Shown here: positions 1-20,770 of the stretch, in pieces | Layout of the letters: every line of letters begins with the position of its first letter | Numbering within the stretch: position 1 is the first letter of the stretch | Origin: the human T2T-CHM13v2.0 reference genome, Homo sapiens | Length of the DNA stretch: 64,000 nt | Reading direction: 5' to 3' (one strand) | Assembly (NCBI RefSeq): GCF_009914755.1 | Contig: NC_060931.1 | Translations under genes and position numbers: made by a program | Notes under the pieces: model-generated | Told to the model about the DNA's origin: nothing | What the model saw: the letters and a program-made list of their open reading frames with translations, nothing else | Database searches by the model: none

Positions 1-628
1 GTCTGGCTTCCTTCTCTGTGGCCTTCTGCCCTGTAAACAGTTCCCGGACTGGTGGAGTCAGGTGCTGTGGGGTGGGAAGGCTGAGTTTTCCTGACTTGCA
101 AGTTGGCAGCAAGGCCAAGTTGAGAGCTTTTCCTGGGCAAGCTAAGAATGCAAGCTGCGACTAGGCAGATGTTACCATCCTGACTGCCTAGTGTCATTTG
201 CAGTGACATGAAGCCTGCAGAAAAAGAGCAGGGAAAAATTGTGAAATATAGGGGGCTCTTCCTCTCTCTCCACCTGGCCCCTCAAGCACCTTCATCCTCT
301 GCCGGTGCTTGTTTTGGGTAATGCGTGTCCCATCTGTTGATGCCCTCCGCCTGCTGCAGTGGGAGGCTGCTCCGAGAAGGCAAAGGGCTCCTAGTGCCTG
401 GGGAGACACGTGCTCTCTTGCTCTGCAGCCGGTCTTCATTCATTGCTCCCGAGGGTGGAGAAGGAAACCTTGACCTTAATGTTCTTTATTCCCTTGGAAT
501 TAATGGAGAGGCTGCTAGAGCCAGTGCACTGTGCATGTAAGAGGGCCAAAGCCACTTGGTACAGAGTGGGAGCCAGGCATTTTAAAGGTTGCTCAAGTTT
601 CTTAAATCTTTCCCGTGGACTCCTGTGA

Positions 629-1625
<997 letters not shown>

Positions 1626-2013
1626 ATTTTGGACTTTTAATACCACCCCCATCCCTCAGCACACCACAGCCCCTTGCACTTAATGGGGCACTTAAGGTTT
1701 ATTGGTTGATCAAGTTGTTGGGAGCTAGTTTGAGGAGGTAAATGATGGCCAGATAGGAAATAACCTCAAGGCTGTAAAGTCTGGGTTGTGTTGGATGGAT
1801 GTGGAGAGGGGTGGGGGCTGGGAGGACTCAGCTAGAGAGACAGTGTGAGGAAGCCATCTTGCCTCCGCCATCTTGAGGCTCGTCTAGTCTTCACCTTCCT
1901 GACTGAAGGGAACGAGATCCTTCGAGGCCCTCGGAAGTGAGCCAGGTTAGGAATAGGCAAGTTTCAGCGTGTTTTCGTTAAATGTATGATTTCATAACAT
2001 GAATATGGCTTTA

Positions 2014-2727
2014 TAGTTAAGCCTTGAAACAATGCAGAGATTAGGGATGCCAACACTTGCACAGTCAAAAATCCAAGTATAATTTTTGACTCCCCCAAAA
2101 CTTAACTGTTAATAGCCTGCTCTTGACCAGAAGGCTTACTGGTAACATAAGCAGTTGATTAACACTTATTTTCTATCTTGTGTGTATTATACACTATATT
2201 CTTATAAAAAGTAAGCTAAAGAAAAGGAAATGTTATTAAGAAAATTGTATGGGCTGGGCACATTGGCTCATGCCTGTAATCCCTGTACTATGGGAAGCTG
2301 AGGTGAGAAGATCAGTTGAGGCCAGGAATTTTAGACCAACCTGGGCAACACAGCAAGACCTCATCTTTACAAAAATCAGCTGGGCATGGTGGTGCACACC
2401 TGTGGTCCCAGCTCTTCAGGAGGCTGAGGTGGGAGGATGTTTTGAGCCTAGGAGTTCGAGGCTACAGTGAGCTATGGTTGTGCCACTGCTCCCCAGCCTT
2501 CTGGCTCAAAAGAAAAAAAAATCATGTGGAAGAGAAAATATATTTACTATTAATTGAGTAGAAGTGGATTGTTGTAAAGGTCTTCATCCTGGTCATCTTC
2601 ACATTGAGTAGGTGAGGAGGAGGAGGAAGGGTTGGTCTTGCTGTCTCAGGGGTGGCAGAGGAAGAAAAAAATCTATGTACAGGTGGACCCACGCAGTTCA
2701 GACCCTTGTTGTTCAAGGGGTCAACAG
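2014..2727 (-). mobile_element. Tigger2a-like DNA transposon (TcMar-Tigger), split by an Alu
   Basis: Degenerate TIRs TAGTTAAGCCTTGAAACAA ... TTGTTCAAGGGGTCAACAG; internal TTGGTCTTGCTGTCTCAGGGGTGGCAGAGG; about 440 bp without the Alu. Confidence 0.8.
2251..2521 (+). mobile_element. AluJ nested in Tigger2a
   Basis: Diverged Alu dimer with AluJ motifs and A tail. Confidence 0.9.
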
Positions 2728-2862
2728 CATATTCTTTTTTTGTATATAAAATTAATTCATCTTTATTGTAGAAAATATGGAAAATCTAAAACAATTATAC
2801 AGGATACAATACCATGTTAAAAAAATTTAACATGATTGCGTGTAGGCTTTGTACAAGCATTA

Positions 2863-3229
<367 letters not shown>

Positions 3230-3280
3230 TTATGTGATTTTTGGCTTTCTATCATGTTTCTGTCACTTTCTGAGGAAGTT

Positions 3281-3385
3281 ACTTATTTCTCTCATTTTAG
3301 AGGTGAGAAAGGTGAGAAACAGAGATACTATGTGACTTTTCCAGGGTGACACAGCTAGGGAAGGGCAGAGCCAGGTTCAGGAATA
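3281..3385 (-). mobile_element. MIR fragment
   Basis: CATTTTAGAGGTGAGAAA...GTGACTTTTCCAGGGTGACACAGCTAGG...GGCAGAGCCAGG resembles the MIR core. Confidence 0.65.
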
Positions 3386-3881
3386 CCAGGGTACTTCCTC
3401 CCAGGAGTCCAGCACTTTCCTAATAAGTAAGGGGAAAGAGATGGAGGGGTCTGGAGCTTCACTTGCCCCTCGCAGGCTCAAAGCCTTAGAGACACCCTCT
3501 CCTCTCCTCAGAGTCCACACGCAGGACGCACAGCAGAGCTGTATCCCTGTGAGCCCAGGGCAGCTCTGTCATAAGAAGAAATGCAATCGATTCAACTTAG
3601 TTACCAAATTTAGATTTCAGAAGGATAGTGAATAGAAGTGGAGTTGCTTAAAGAAATTGAAAATCTTTGTAGAAATGGAGAGAAGTCAAAATTACCTCTT
3701 CCAGTCCTGCCCCCAAGCCACTCAGGCACTTGAAGTTGGAGTCTGAGTGATAGGAAACCAAGACGCTCCTATATAGCCCCAGCACACCACAACCCACCCA
3801 ACAGAACTCCCTAGGCAAGGAGAGTGATTTGGCACAGAGAGAGGAAGAGATTTGCTCTCACAGGTCTCCAAGGTGGAGTCA

Positions 3882-4220
<339 letters not shown>

Positions 4221-4927
4221 AAGAGAGGGATGGCATTTGGAAAGCATCTCCGTTCATTAATGCCAGAGGTGGTCTGGTGTTATATTTCTTCTTTCTTGCA
4301 GCCCACAGATGCTGGACGGTACCACCATTTCCTGCAGGAAGGAGCGAAGGGAGAGGGCACATGTGCATATTAAAATCAGTTGCTGCAGGGAACATCAGAA
4401 GGAAACCAGGGCAGTTCAAGCCTTCATTTGCTGCACGCAGACATTCCACAGGGATTGAGGACAGGCGCGGGCCCTGGGTTATGGAAGGCTTGGTCCTAGG
4501 ACCAGGGCCAGGGTGCTGGAGGACACCCACTCCCTTTACCTCCAAGGACTCATGGTGTCTGGTTGCAGTTGGCCCCTCCTGAAGAAATAGGGAGTCCTGT
4601 TCTTGGACAGCCCTCAGATGCAGGCACATCTGTGTTGGCAGGTGAGTGTGGTGGGCACCCTGCCAGTGGGGGCAGCTGCCACCTGCCCAGCCCAGAGGTA
4701 GCAGGAGAGGCAGCCAGTGTCATTCTTGCTGAAGAAACCCAACCCCCCTGACCTTTGCTAGTTGCCAAATCTGGAGCGTCCTTTGTGGAAAGGAAGAAAG
4801 CTCGGTAATTACTTAGAGCTAAGAGTGACCACAGGAAGTTGGAACATGAGCACACCCAAGCCCAAGGCCAGCGAAGAAACAACCTACGATTAGATGACCT
4901 GCGAGTCTTTAAGAATATATAAGAAGA

Positions 4928-5221
4928 ACCAGGCACAGTGGCTCACGCCTGTAATCCCAGCACTTTGGGAGGCTGAGGTGGAAGGATGGCTTGAGACCAG
5001 GAGTTTGAGACTAGCTTGGGCAACATAGCAAGACCTTCTCTCTACAAAAAATAAAAAATTAGCCAGACATTGTGGTGCATGCCCATGGTCCCAGCTACTC
5101 GAGAGGCTGAGGTGGGAGGAACGCTTGAGCCTAAGAGTTCGAGGCTTCAGTGAGCCATGATTGCATCACTGCACTCCATCCATCCTGGGTGACAGAGCAA
5201 GACCCAAACTCTAAAAAAAAA
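4928..5221 (+). mobile_element. AluJ
   Basis: GGGCAACATAGCAAGACC, GCTTGAGCCTAAGAGTTCGAGG. Confidence 0.92.
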
Positions 5222-5253
5222 CCCCCAAACCAGTGTATTAAAAGGACACTCAG

Positions 5254-5700
<447 letters not shown>

Positions 5701-5744
5701 AAATGTATAGCATAAGCATGAAACCCAACACACGGCAGTTGTAA

Positions 5745-6238
<494 letters not shown>

Positions 6239-6847
6239 AGTAGAGATGGGGTTTCACCATGTTGGCCAGCCCTGTCTTGAACTCCTGACCTCAAGTGATC
6301 CTCTTGCCTCAGCCTCCCAGAGTGCTGGGATTATAGGAATGAGCCACTATGCGGGGCCCTCAGGAGATATTTCTTGAATGGATGCATGGACAGCTAGCAA
6401 TGCTTCATAGTAGAGTATGGTCATTGTTATTTGCTTTGTGAATGTCAGACGAGGTGAGAGGGGGTCCTTTTCCTTATAACTTTCTTGGACTCTTCAGACT
6501 ACTTTTGGATCCTTCTCTCTTCCATGTGTTTATCTGAGCCAGACTCCATTTCCTTCTTCCTTCTCCTGCCATCCCCTGCTCCTCCTCTTACTTATAATGA
6601 TGGTGCCTTTGGCTGATGGCTTTTAATGCCTAGGAGAAGAAATGGCAGCCTGTCTGACAAACCCAATTACAGAACACAATGGTCATTCATATCCGTTAGT
6701 GAGCACTTCCTTGCCGCGAGGCGTAGACTAGATGCTAAGAGTACAATGAGGTGCAGAGATCATGCTTACTTAGGCATTGTGGAATAGTGGGAAGATATCT
6801 TTGTGGCTTTACCAGGGATGTGCCAGGTCCCTAAAGAATATTAGACT

Positions 6848-7147
<300 letters not shown>

Positions 7148-7240
7148 GGAATGTTACACTGAGCCTGGAAGTAGGGAGGCTTGAACTGGTGCACGGTAGG
7201 TGCTTAGCCGGTGAGTGCTGAATTTAAACAAGAACACTTA

Positions 7241-7627
<387 letters not shown>

Positions 7628-7900
7628 TGGATGCCCTTGAGAGGTGGTCAGAGCCAGAACTACGAATCTGCGGGATTCCTGGCAAGGGAATGGCATGAGC
7701 AGAAGAGTGTGTGGGGACATGTAAGTGAGGAGGTGTGGGAGCTCCTTGGTGAAGGGGAGTTTGTTAGGAGGACTGGGTGGAGGCTGGACTGGGCCAGGTT
7801 TTGGATCCTAGGTTGGTTTGGACTTAATTGCATAGGCTTGGGGAGCCATTATGTGACCAGGTCACTATGTTGACTTAATGTGATGTCATGTTGCGGCTTA

Positions 7901-8080
<180 letters not shown>

Positions 8081-8905
8081 GAGTGCAGCAGTGGGTATAG
8101 AGAGCTGGTGTTGCTGGCGTGGCTGGCCCTGCCATTCCTCTGAGTTCAGGACTCAGCCCACCCTCTGAACCTCAGAGTGATTTTAGTTGCATGTCATTTG
8201 CTCCCTCTGTGACTCCACGATCACATCCAGAACTAAGAGTCAACATCTGGAATTGCTGCATTTGGAAAATCTGGTACAGCTTTGGGGATCTCTGACCTGA
8301 GCCCTCTCTCAGGCTCCCACTTCTCTTACACCTTGTTGAGGTCCAGCCCCCAACCCTACCACTGTTTCTAGCTCCCTGTGCTCCTGTCCTTCCATATCTG
8401 GCCTGGGGAGTCCGTCAGAAATCCCCTTGTCAGCTCCTCGAGTATCCTTACCTCCTCGTCATCTGTGGCATCCACCAGCAACCCCCGAGGGTGGATGAGC
8501 TTATTCCTGGGGAACGTCCCACCTTGGCAGGCGTTGGTGCCATAGGATGCAAGCTCAGGTCTTAGCTGGGCCCTCAGCATGTCCAGAACCTGATAATCAT
8601 CATTATTATTGGCTGTTCACATCCATTAGTGAGCTCTTCCTTGCTGCAAGAGGCAGCTTAGATGCTAAGAGTACAAGAGGTCACACCTATCTAGACATTG
8701 TCATCTAATTGGAAGGATACATTTGTAATGTTACCAGGTATACATCAAGTCCCAAAAGTGTTACAGGACCAATAGGTTCATATGCCCACTGCTCAGTAAC
8801 TGACCAGTTACACCGAGACAGTAGGTTTTGTGGCAGAGAAAGAGTTTAATGATTGCAGGGCACAGAGTGAGGAGATGGGAGGAGACCCTCAAATCCGTCT
8901 CCTGA

Positions 8906-9216
<311 letters not shown>

Positions 9217-9486
9217 TGGGCTGGGGTTTTTAAGGGGATCATGGAGGACAAGGGGCTGGAGAATTGGGGTCATGGATTGGTCAGCATAAGAGGGATGAAA
9301 TTGTCAGGATGTGGAAACTGCATTCTTTGGTGAGTCAGCTTCTTGGGTTCTTCAGGCCAGCCGATGTCAGCAGTTTCGCTGGTGTGCAGGACCTGAAAGA
9401 GTGTCTCAAAGGGAAAACTGAACGCTTCATGTTTACCTTGTTATCCATGGAGCAGTTAAGGGGAATTATAATCTTGTAATAGGATC

Positions 9487-9722
9487 GCAGCCTGGCAACA
9501 AAGCGAGACTCCATTGCTACAACATAACTAAAAACCTAGCTGGGCATGGTGGTGCACACCTGGAGTCCCAGCTACTCAGGAGGCTGAGGTGGGAGGATCT
9601 CTTTTGAGCCCGGGAGTTTGAGACTACAGTGAGCTATGATTGTGCCACTGCTTTCCAGCCTGGGTGACAGAGTGAGACCCTGTTTCTAAAATTTATAATC
9701 ATCACAATAAATAGATAAAAAA
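9487..9722 (+). mobile_element. 5'-truncated AluJ
   Basis: End of left arm plus right arm with J motifs. Confidence 0.85.
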
Positions 9723-9865
9723 TAGGGTCTACATGATTCTAGGACAATTGGTAGCAAACAACCATGAGCAAGCAGGTCAGAGAACAAGCTGACCTAGTGA
9801 TGAACGCAGAATGTGCTGCAAGCTTGGTTTATTTTCATTTCTCCCCTCTCTTCTTCCCTGATTAA

Positions 9866-10194
<329 letters not shown>

Positions 10195-11360
10195 CGTATG
10201 GGTTTTTTTTTAAAGGAATATTTCTATCCCTTTCCATTTTCTATACCTCCCTGAGCCAAAGAGGAGGTGGGCTGTGCTGGGCTGGAGGGATCCTTCGGGA
10301 GGCGGTGGAGACGGGTGGATGGAGTGGCCTGACTCCAGATTCAGTCTCCTCTCAGCTCCCCACGCCCTGAGTGACTGCTGATCTCAAATGACACAGAGAT
10401 TTGTTCCTCCCCGGGTGCCACCACCGCAGCCCACTTCTTACTGGGATTGTCACAGCTGTGACTGCTGCAACAACTGAGTCCGCTGGGATATGCTGAGGCC
10501 AGTGCCAGTCTCGGGTCCTCTCACTCCTTCTGGATTCAGAGATCATGTTGCAGGGGCAAGACCTGACTTCCTAGCAGCTCCTTAAGGGACAAGAGATGGA
10601 ATCCAGAATTACAGGGAAGCCAACTCTCCATGGGTGGCTTTTGGCCTGAAGGATGAAGGGGGAGGGGACCACAAAGAAGCAGATAAATTATCTCCCGCTT
10701 AGCAGTGCAGTCTGGAGATATGGTGCCCATGTGGCCCCTGGGAAGAAGTCCAGGGAGAGGGAGTGCTCACTGCCTTCCCTCCCTTCTCCCTCCCTCCCTC
10801 GCCGCCATCCTCCCTTCCACAGCACTTAGAATAAATGCAGGACTCACAGGGGCTGAAAGATCTTCCTCTCCCCTAGTGATTGCTGCTCACCGGTCTTTAG
10901 ACTGCTCTGACATGTGGATGACAATCGGCTGAGCCACTGATAGAGAAGTTTTCCCTTTTAATCATGTCCCTGTCATTGCTAACTGCAGAGTCTCAGCTTT
11001 GCCATGCATGAGTAATAAACTGCTGCCGTAATCACAGGCGACCACGTTCAGACACCAACACACGAGCGTGCTGACAGTTAATGGGGAACAGGGTTCCAGA
11101 AGGACTTCTTCCATCCTAGCCTCGGACACAAGGGAGGCTAATTGTGTGATTAGTGTTTACTGAGGAATGTCCTGTAGTTACATACAGCTTGTTAGGTGCT
11201 GTACTTCCCTGGTGAAAGAGCATGAATTTGGGTTCAGGAGACCAGGGTTCTAGGTTTACTTTATTTCTAGGGACCAAAGTTTATGCATGTGTAAAATGAG
11301 ACCGGTATGATTGTAGGGTCCTTTAACTCTCAGATTATGAATAACATCTCTTTCCCTCAT

Positions 11361-12118
<758 letters not shown>

Positions 12119-12339
12119 TCTCCAAGGACCATTTCAAAAGCCCTTCATTCTCTGTAACCTCCCCTGACCACCTTGTCAGAATTAAATGTCCTTTCTTCTC
12201 ACCTCTTATGGTACTTTCAGTGGATCTTCTTTTAGCCCTTGTTCATCTCTGTCTTTCCTCAAAATGATTTGTTGTCATGGCCAGCCCAGTAGTTTCCAAG
12301 AGAATGGGTTTCATTCATTTTTTAAAAACCCCTCTCTGT

Positions 12340-12700
12340 GTCATTTAGGAATTAATTTGTCAGCAAGTAATTTGTTCTCACTTCACAAGTCCAGAAGTAG
12401 TGGTAGCTAGCACTGTTTTGGCATCATAGTGTCATAGCTCATGTCACTATATTTCTTTTGGTCTTTTCCTCATGATTACAAGATGGCTGCCACAGTTCCA
12501 GCCATTGCATCTTTGTACCAGGTAGGGATTCCTGTAGCAGTGGCCACATCTGCTCTTATTGTTTACTCAGGAAAGAAAATGTTTTCCAGAAGTCTACCTG
12601 GTAGGCTCCTACATGTGAGCCAGGACATAGTCTGATGACCAACTTTGCTTCAAGAGAATAGTTGCTTTCCAGAGAAAATAAGTACAGTGGTAGCAAAAGA
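12340..12700 (-). mobile_element. Old ERVL/MaLR LTR fragment (LTR33 or MLT1K-N type)
   Basis: CAAGATGGCTGCCACAGTTCCAGCCATTGCATC motif; highly diverged, boundaries uncertain. Confidence 0.4.
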
Positions 12701-12869
12701 GAAGGAGAACGGGAACAGCATTTGCATTGTGAATCCGCAGTGTCTACCATGCCCTCTCTACCCCTAATACATTCCATTGAATATTAAAATTTAGCAAGAT
12801 TCTTGGCCAACTAGAAATTCAATTAACTAGAATACTGAAGGCTGTGGGCATTCAAACATACATACATAA

Positions 12870-13033
12870 TTGTATTTTGTCTGTTAAGACATTTTTACAT
12901 CTCTGAAATTGGGAGTTATCTTATGATCAGTGACATGTCATCATTTAATTGGTAGCGTACTTTTTCCCCCTCAGGGTACATAAAAATGGAGTATCTTATA
13001 GTTGAAGGCATCTTAGATTTGATGAAATACAGT
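12870..13033. mobile_element. MER104-like (TcMar-Tc2) DNA element
   Basis: ACATCTCTGAAATTGGGA...GGCATCTTAGATTTGATGAAATACAGTA terminus. Confidence 0.65.
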
Positions 13034-13043
13034 AGTATTATGG

Positions 13044-13049
<6 letters not shown>

Positions 13050-13082
<33 letters not shown>
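13050..13082. repeat. (TA)n microsatellite
   Basis: Direct read, about 16 units. Confidence 0.97.
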
Positions 13083-13086
<4 letters not shown>

Positions 13087-13115
13087 ACCATAGTTAACCA
13101 TACACAACTATTTGA

Positions 13116-13408
13116 TTTTGTTGTTTTGTTGTTGTTTTGAGACACAGTCTTGCTCTGTCGCCTAGGCTGGAGTGCAGTGGCACCATCATAGCTCACTGCA
13201 GCCTCGAACTCCTGGGCTCAAGCCTCCCAAGTGGCTGGAACTCCAGGTACGTGCCAACATGCCCTGCTAATTTTATAAACTATCTTTTTCTGGAGACGGA
13301 GTCTTGCTGTGTTGCCCGGGACGCTCTCAAACTCAGAGCTCAAGCAGTCCTCCTGCCTCAGCCTCCTGAGTAGCTGGGACAACAAGCATGCACCACCACG
13401 CCTGGCTA
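13116..13408 (-). mobile_element. AluJ
   Basis: CATAGCTCACTGCAGCCTCGAACTCCTGGGCTCAAG; (TTG)n tail. Confidence 0.88.
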
Positions 13409-14633
13409 ATACACAGCTATTTCTATTGAACATCAACCACATATCAAGTATTTTGTGTTAACTTAATTCGACATCACACCTATTTATACTATTATATCTG
13501 TTTTACATGTGAGGAAGATGAAACTAAGGGAAATAAACAAATTGTCCAGAGGCACCTACCAGCTGCTCCATTCTGAGTCTCCTTTGCGAAGTTGGTACTC
13601 ACTGCCTCCTGGGTGTGGGATTGAGTCTTGCTCGGTTGGTGGCTGGGTCCAGGACTGTAGGGGGGGCGAAACGTGTGCTGGGGTGAGCACAAGGATGCTG
13701 TCAACTAGGATCAGGATGGTTGCAGGGAACCCTCCTTCACCCAGGTTAGTAGTCACTCGTGTGAAAAGTTGTAAAGCTGTTAATTCCAGGACTCTAAATT
13801 ATGCTGTGCGAGCTGTAAATCCAGCCCATAATTAGAACAAAATGTGAGAAAAGTGAAATTGATATTAAGTTAATTAAAAGGCTTTGCTTATATTTGCAAG
13901 GAAATTAGCACAACAAAACAGGAATGCTGACAAGTGCACGTTGTCAATTTCTTCTTCATTTGGGCGACTGTCAGCAAGCCTCAGGCAAGTTTTGTTCCTT
14001 GACTTCTGCCCCGTGTCCTTCCTATGATTGCACATCCATTGTGTTTGTGTCATGGTGGCTTTAATTGGGCAAGATCTAGTGTAATCTTGGGACAGTCATT
14101 TTTGAATGGATGCTAAGCCTTGCATGGGAGCTTCACCTTCCAGCTGAGGTCCCAGGCCCTGAAAGTGTGTCGGGGGCTGGAGGAGGGGCCCTCAGAGGTT
14201 GTGTGTCATTGCTTAGGCACACGCTTCTCGGAAGCTGATACAAATGGCTGATGCAGTTCTCTTGCGTCGAGAAGGTAACTCCTTTGATTCCAGGGCACCC
14301 TTCTCATTCCTGTTCACCATCCTGATCTGTGCCACAGACCTAGGTTTGAGTGTGCAGTGTAGAATTTTAGTTTGGAGTTCCTGGAAGGGAAAGAACATGT
14401 TTTTTTCTTATGGTACCTATTATACTAGGGTCTGGATGAGACAGGTCAATATCAAGCGGCATAGAACTACCGTGGTCTCTAGTTAGGGTGGCAGAGGCAA
14501 TGCTGTGTTCACCAGGGAATTTTTTTTTTCCTCTTGGGCACAGAGCTAATCTTCAGGCTCCCCTGCAGTTAGATAGGGCCATGTGATTGAGTTCAGGGCA
14601 ATGAGAGGTAGACGGAAGTGATGTTTGCTATGA

Positions 14634-14976
<343 letters not shown>

Positions 14977-15046
14977 CCTTCTCTCTTTACCTTTCAATGA
15001 TGGCCTTGGAGTTCACCTCTTGGTGGCATATAAGATGGTAGGATCC

Positions 15047-15186
15047 TAGCCAGGCCCGGTAGTGTGTGCCTGTAGTCCCAGCTACGTGGGAGGTTGAAGT
15101 GGGAGCAGTGTGCCATGATCACACCACTGCACTCCAGCCTGGGGAACACAGTGAGACCCTGACTTCAAAAAAAAAAAAAAAAAAAA
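15047..15186 (+). mobile_element. Alu right-arm fragment with internal deletion
   Basis: CCTGTAGTCCCAGCTAC...CACTCCAGCCTGGG...poly-A. Confidence 0.8.
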
Positions 15187-15528
15187 GAAGCATCCTGGTC
15201 CCTGAGTGACTAAGTGGAGCAGAGTACTGTGCTGTCCAGCCATCTCCTGCTATCTCCTGTGTGGGACCATTGTGTTCAGCCATTGAGATTTTGGAGCTTA
15301 TCTGTTATAGCAGCTAGTGTTATTTATGGACTAATTCAGTTAGGTAACTACCTAAGTGACAGGCCAGGCTGTCTACTCTCCTTTTCTGCCCTTGATTCAT
15401 GTGATCAGCAAATATTGATTGATCTTAAACAATAAGTGGGGGGATGGTGAGATGGTTGGATTGGATGCCACCTATTTCTAGGTCAGCTTCTGTGCTTGAC
15501 CTGCTATTGGATTTAAGAAAATAGCCTT

Positions 15529-15853
<325 letters not shown>

Positions 15854-16010
15854 TCAGTGTTACTAGTACTCTATTTACAGGATGATGGAATGATTATAAT
15901 CATCCCCTACTTAACGCTGCTTCTTGGAGCTGAGGGATAAGTATTGAAATATGGCTAAGTTGTTTGTAATTATAAACAACTAAATAATATATGCATTGTC
16001 TTTGTTACAG

Positions 16011-16059
16011 TTTCTGCTGAAAGGAACTGGCATTTTTCAAGATGAGACAAACTGAAAAG
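16011..16059 (+). other. Candidate 49-nt spliced exon (host gene not identified)
   Basis: Acceptor TTGTCTTTGTTACAG and donor AAG|GTTAGT in unique sequence; ATG at 16042 gives MRQTEK to the exon end. Confidence 0.4.
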
Positions 16060-16817
16060 GTTAGTTTAAGCATTAGCAATTAAAAAAATCATGATTTTTG
16101 CTGCCACCGAATTTTAAATCATGCAAACATTTATATTTGTGCCAAAGTTCCACAATTTCCTTTAGAGCAATTACTGAAATGCATTCACAAGATAAAAATG
16201 GAGTTCGGGGAAGAATATTTAAGAGCTCTTTAATGATGTTAAAAACTTTGCTAATTTGCCGTGTCGTTCTAAAATCCACTTTAATTTTTTTTTTCTGCGT
16301 GCCTACCCGTCTTCCTGCAATTGAACTGATTCCAGGAGACTTGAATAAAGGGGATAAAATGACTAATAAAATACACAAATCTCACGAAATATCTTTTCAA
16401 GAGCTTTTTCTTTTTTTTCATTAGCTGTAGGTGAACACTCGGGAAGATAAAAGCATCCTTGGGCTGCGTTTACTTGCAGAAAGCAGTTTGGAAGGAAAAC
16501 AAAAGCCAAAAAGTAGTTACAAATGGGTGGCTTGAATTAAACGCTTTTTCTTTTACAGTAAAAGAAAGGGTCTTGTATATGCAGACCCAAGGGGCGGAGT
16601 AGACTGGTCTAATGTCTTCATCCTCATCCTCTTTACAAGATCTCAGCTTAGCAAAACTGCAGTTAGTCACTGATCTGTAGTCCCTCTCCCCTAGTTAGCA
16701 TCATTGCTTGGTGCTCCAGCCCTTTCTTCAGGGCCTTCTGAAAATCCGCAGCCCCGGGGGATCCTGATCCACTTTTCTTCTTCCCCATGAGATAGGCTCT
16801 AATGTTAATGGTTCACA

Positions 16818-17137
<320 letters not shown>

Positions 17138-17296
17138 TAAGTTCACAGGTATTTCTCAGGGATAATTCTGTTGGAAAGCTAACCTTCCATAGAGAAAGTT
17201 TGACAGCATTGACTTCCAGACGAGCCAGAGATACAGCCCTGGCCCTGCCAGCAACCTTCCTAGTCAGCTGATCTCCAGGGGTTTCAGACAATGGAC

Positions 17297-17530
17297 GAAG
17301 CAAGGGCTTTGGAGTTAGACAGAAGGAATCTCAAACTTCCTTTGGCTACTTTACAAAGCCAAGCCAAAGCTGGGGCTTTGGAAAAAATCACCTAACATCA
17401 ATGAGCCTCAGTTTACTCATCTGGAAAACAGTAGCTACTCCTATAAATATGATAAGGACGGTGTAAGGTGATATTTGTAGCATACCTGGAAGAACGCCTG
17501 TAATAGGAGAATGTTGATGAATGATGTTAT
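17297..17530 (+). mobile_element. MIR
   Basis: GGGCTTTGGAGTTAGACAG...TGAGCCTCAGTTTACTCATCTG. Confidence 0.7.
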
Positions 17531-17795
17531 TGACATCGCCGTGGTGGCAGTTACTACCAATACTGCTCTTTGGAACAAGACATTTGGCCTTTCCGGGCCT
17601 CAGTTTTCTGCCCTGTAAAATCTAGACAAGATAGGAAGGGTGTTCAGGTTCTGTAATTTTATGGATCAGAAAGGTAGAGTCGATGATGGAAAGTCTGTTT
17701 TCATGTAAACAGTGGCTGGTGAGGACTGGTCAGAGTTGCATTTTGGGAAGCCATGAAAAATTCAATCTAGAGGAATAGGAAACAATTGTCCTAGG

Positions 17796-19064
<1,269 letters not shown>

Positions 19065-19390
19065 ACAATAGCTAACATTTATTAAGCTCTTTCTTAAAGT
19101 ATCCAGCACCGTAATGAAGATTTTATATATAAAAGTGGGTAATGAATTTTTTCGGGAAAGTCTTGGATTTATATGCCATGGGTAGACTGTGATAACAGCC
19201 TGACTATTGCAGTGGGGGTTAGGTTGGCTAAGAATTTCAGTTGTCTTTCATTCAAGTTTCTGACAGTTGTCCTAAACCACCGAGCGTTGAGTTTATTTGG
19301 AAATGCAAGAGTGGCTGTTGTGTAATGGCTCCCTCCCCGTGGACGACGGTTATCTGACATTGCTCATCATACCCAGTCTCTGAACCCTAG

Positions 19391-19855
<465 letters not shown>

Positions 19856-20103
19856 TAAGAGACTACTGATTTTCTACTTTTTGTAGAACCTGGAGAATTT
19901 GGTGTTTCTATAAATAACACATCCTGGAAACCTATAGAGTACATCATTCTCTGGAGATTTAAATAAGTACTGCAGACTTCTTTTATTCTAATTAAGTAGA
20001 GTAGGAAGTAGGTGGCTTGTCTGAATTATGGCCTTATAACAGAGGACACAATTCAATATTCCTCACTTTTCCTGGAGTGAGAACTTTTAAAAATTTCATT
20101 CTT

Positions 20104-20496
<393 letters not shown>

Positions 20497-20770
20497 CTAC
20501 ATATTTACTTGGGGAACTTTGGAAAAAGTACTAATTTCCAGATTCCTCAAGCTGGAGGTTCACATTTTGTAGATATGAGGTGGGATGTGACTTGGGAATA
20601 TACACATTTTTCTTTTCAAAAGCTGAATGGGTGAGTCTAATGAGCCATTGAGATGGTTGATGCCCTGCCCTGCCTTTCCTTTCCCTTCCTTCAAGCAATA
20701 CATCTGTAAAAATGTTGAGTTGTCATAAGGCTGTTGTGACAATTAAATTCATTTATTCACATGAGATGTC

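Noticed and set aside
16011-16059. Assigning a gene symbol to the host locus
   Set aside because: I do not recognise the exon or the peptide MRQTEK; a BLAT search is needed.
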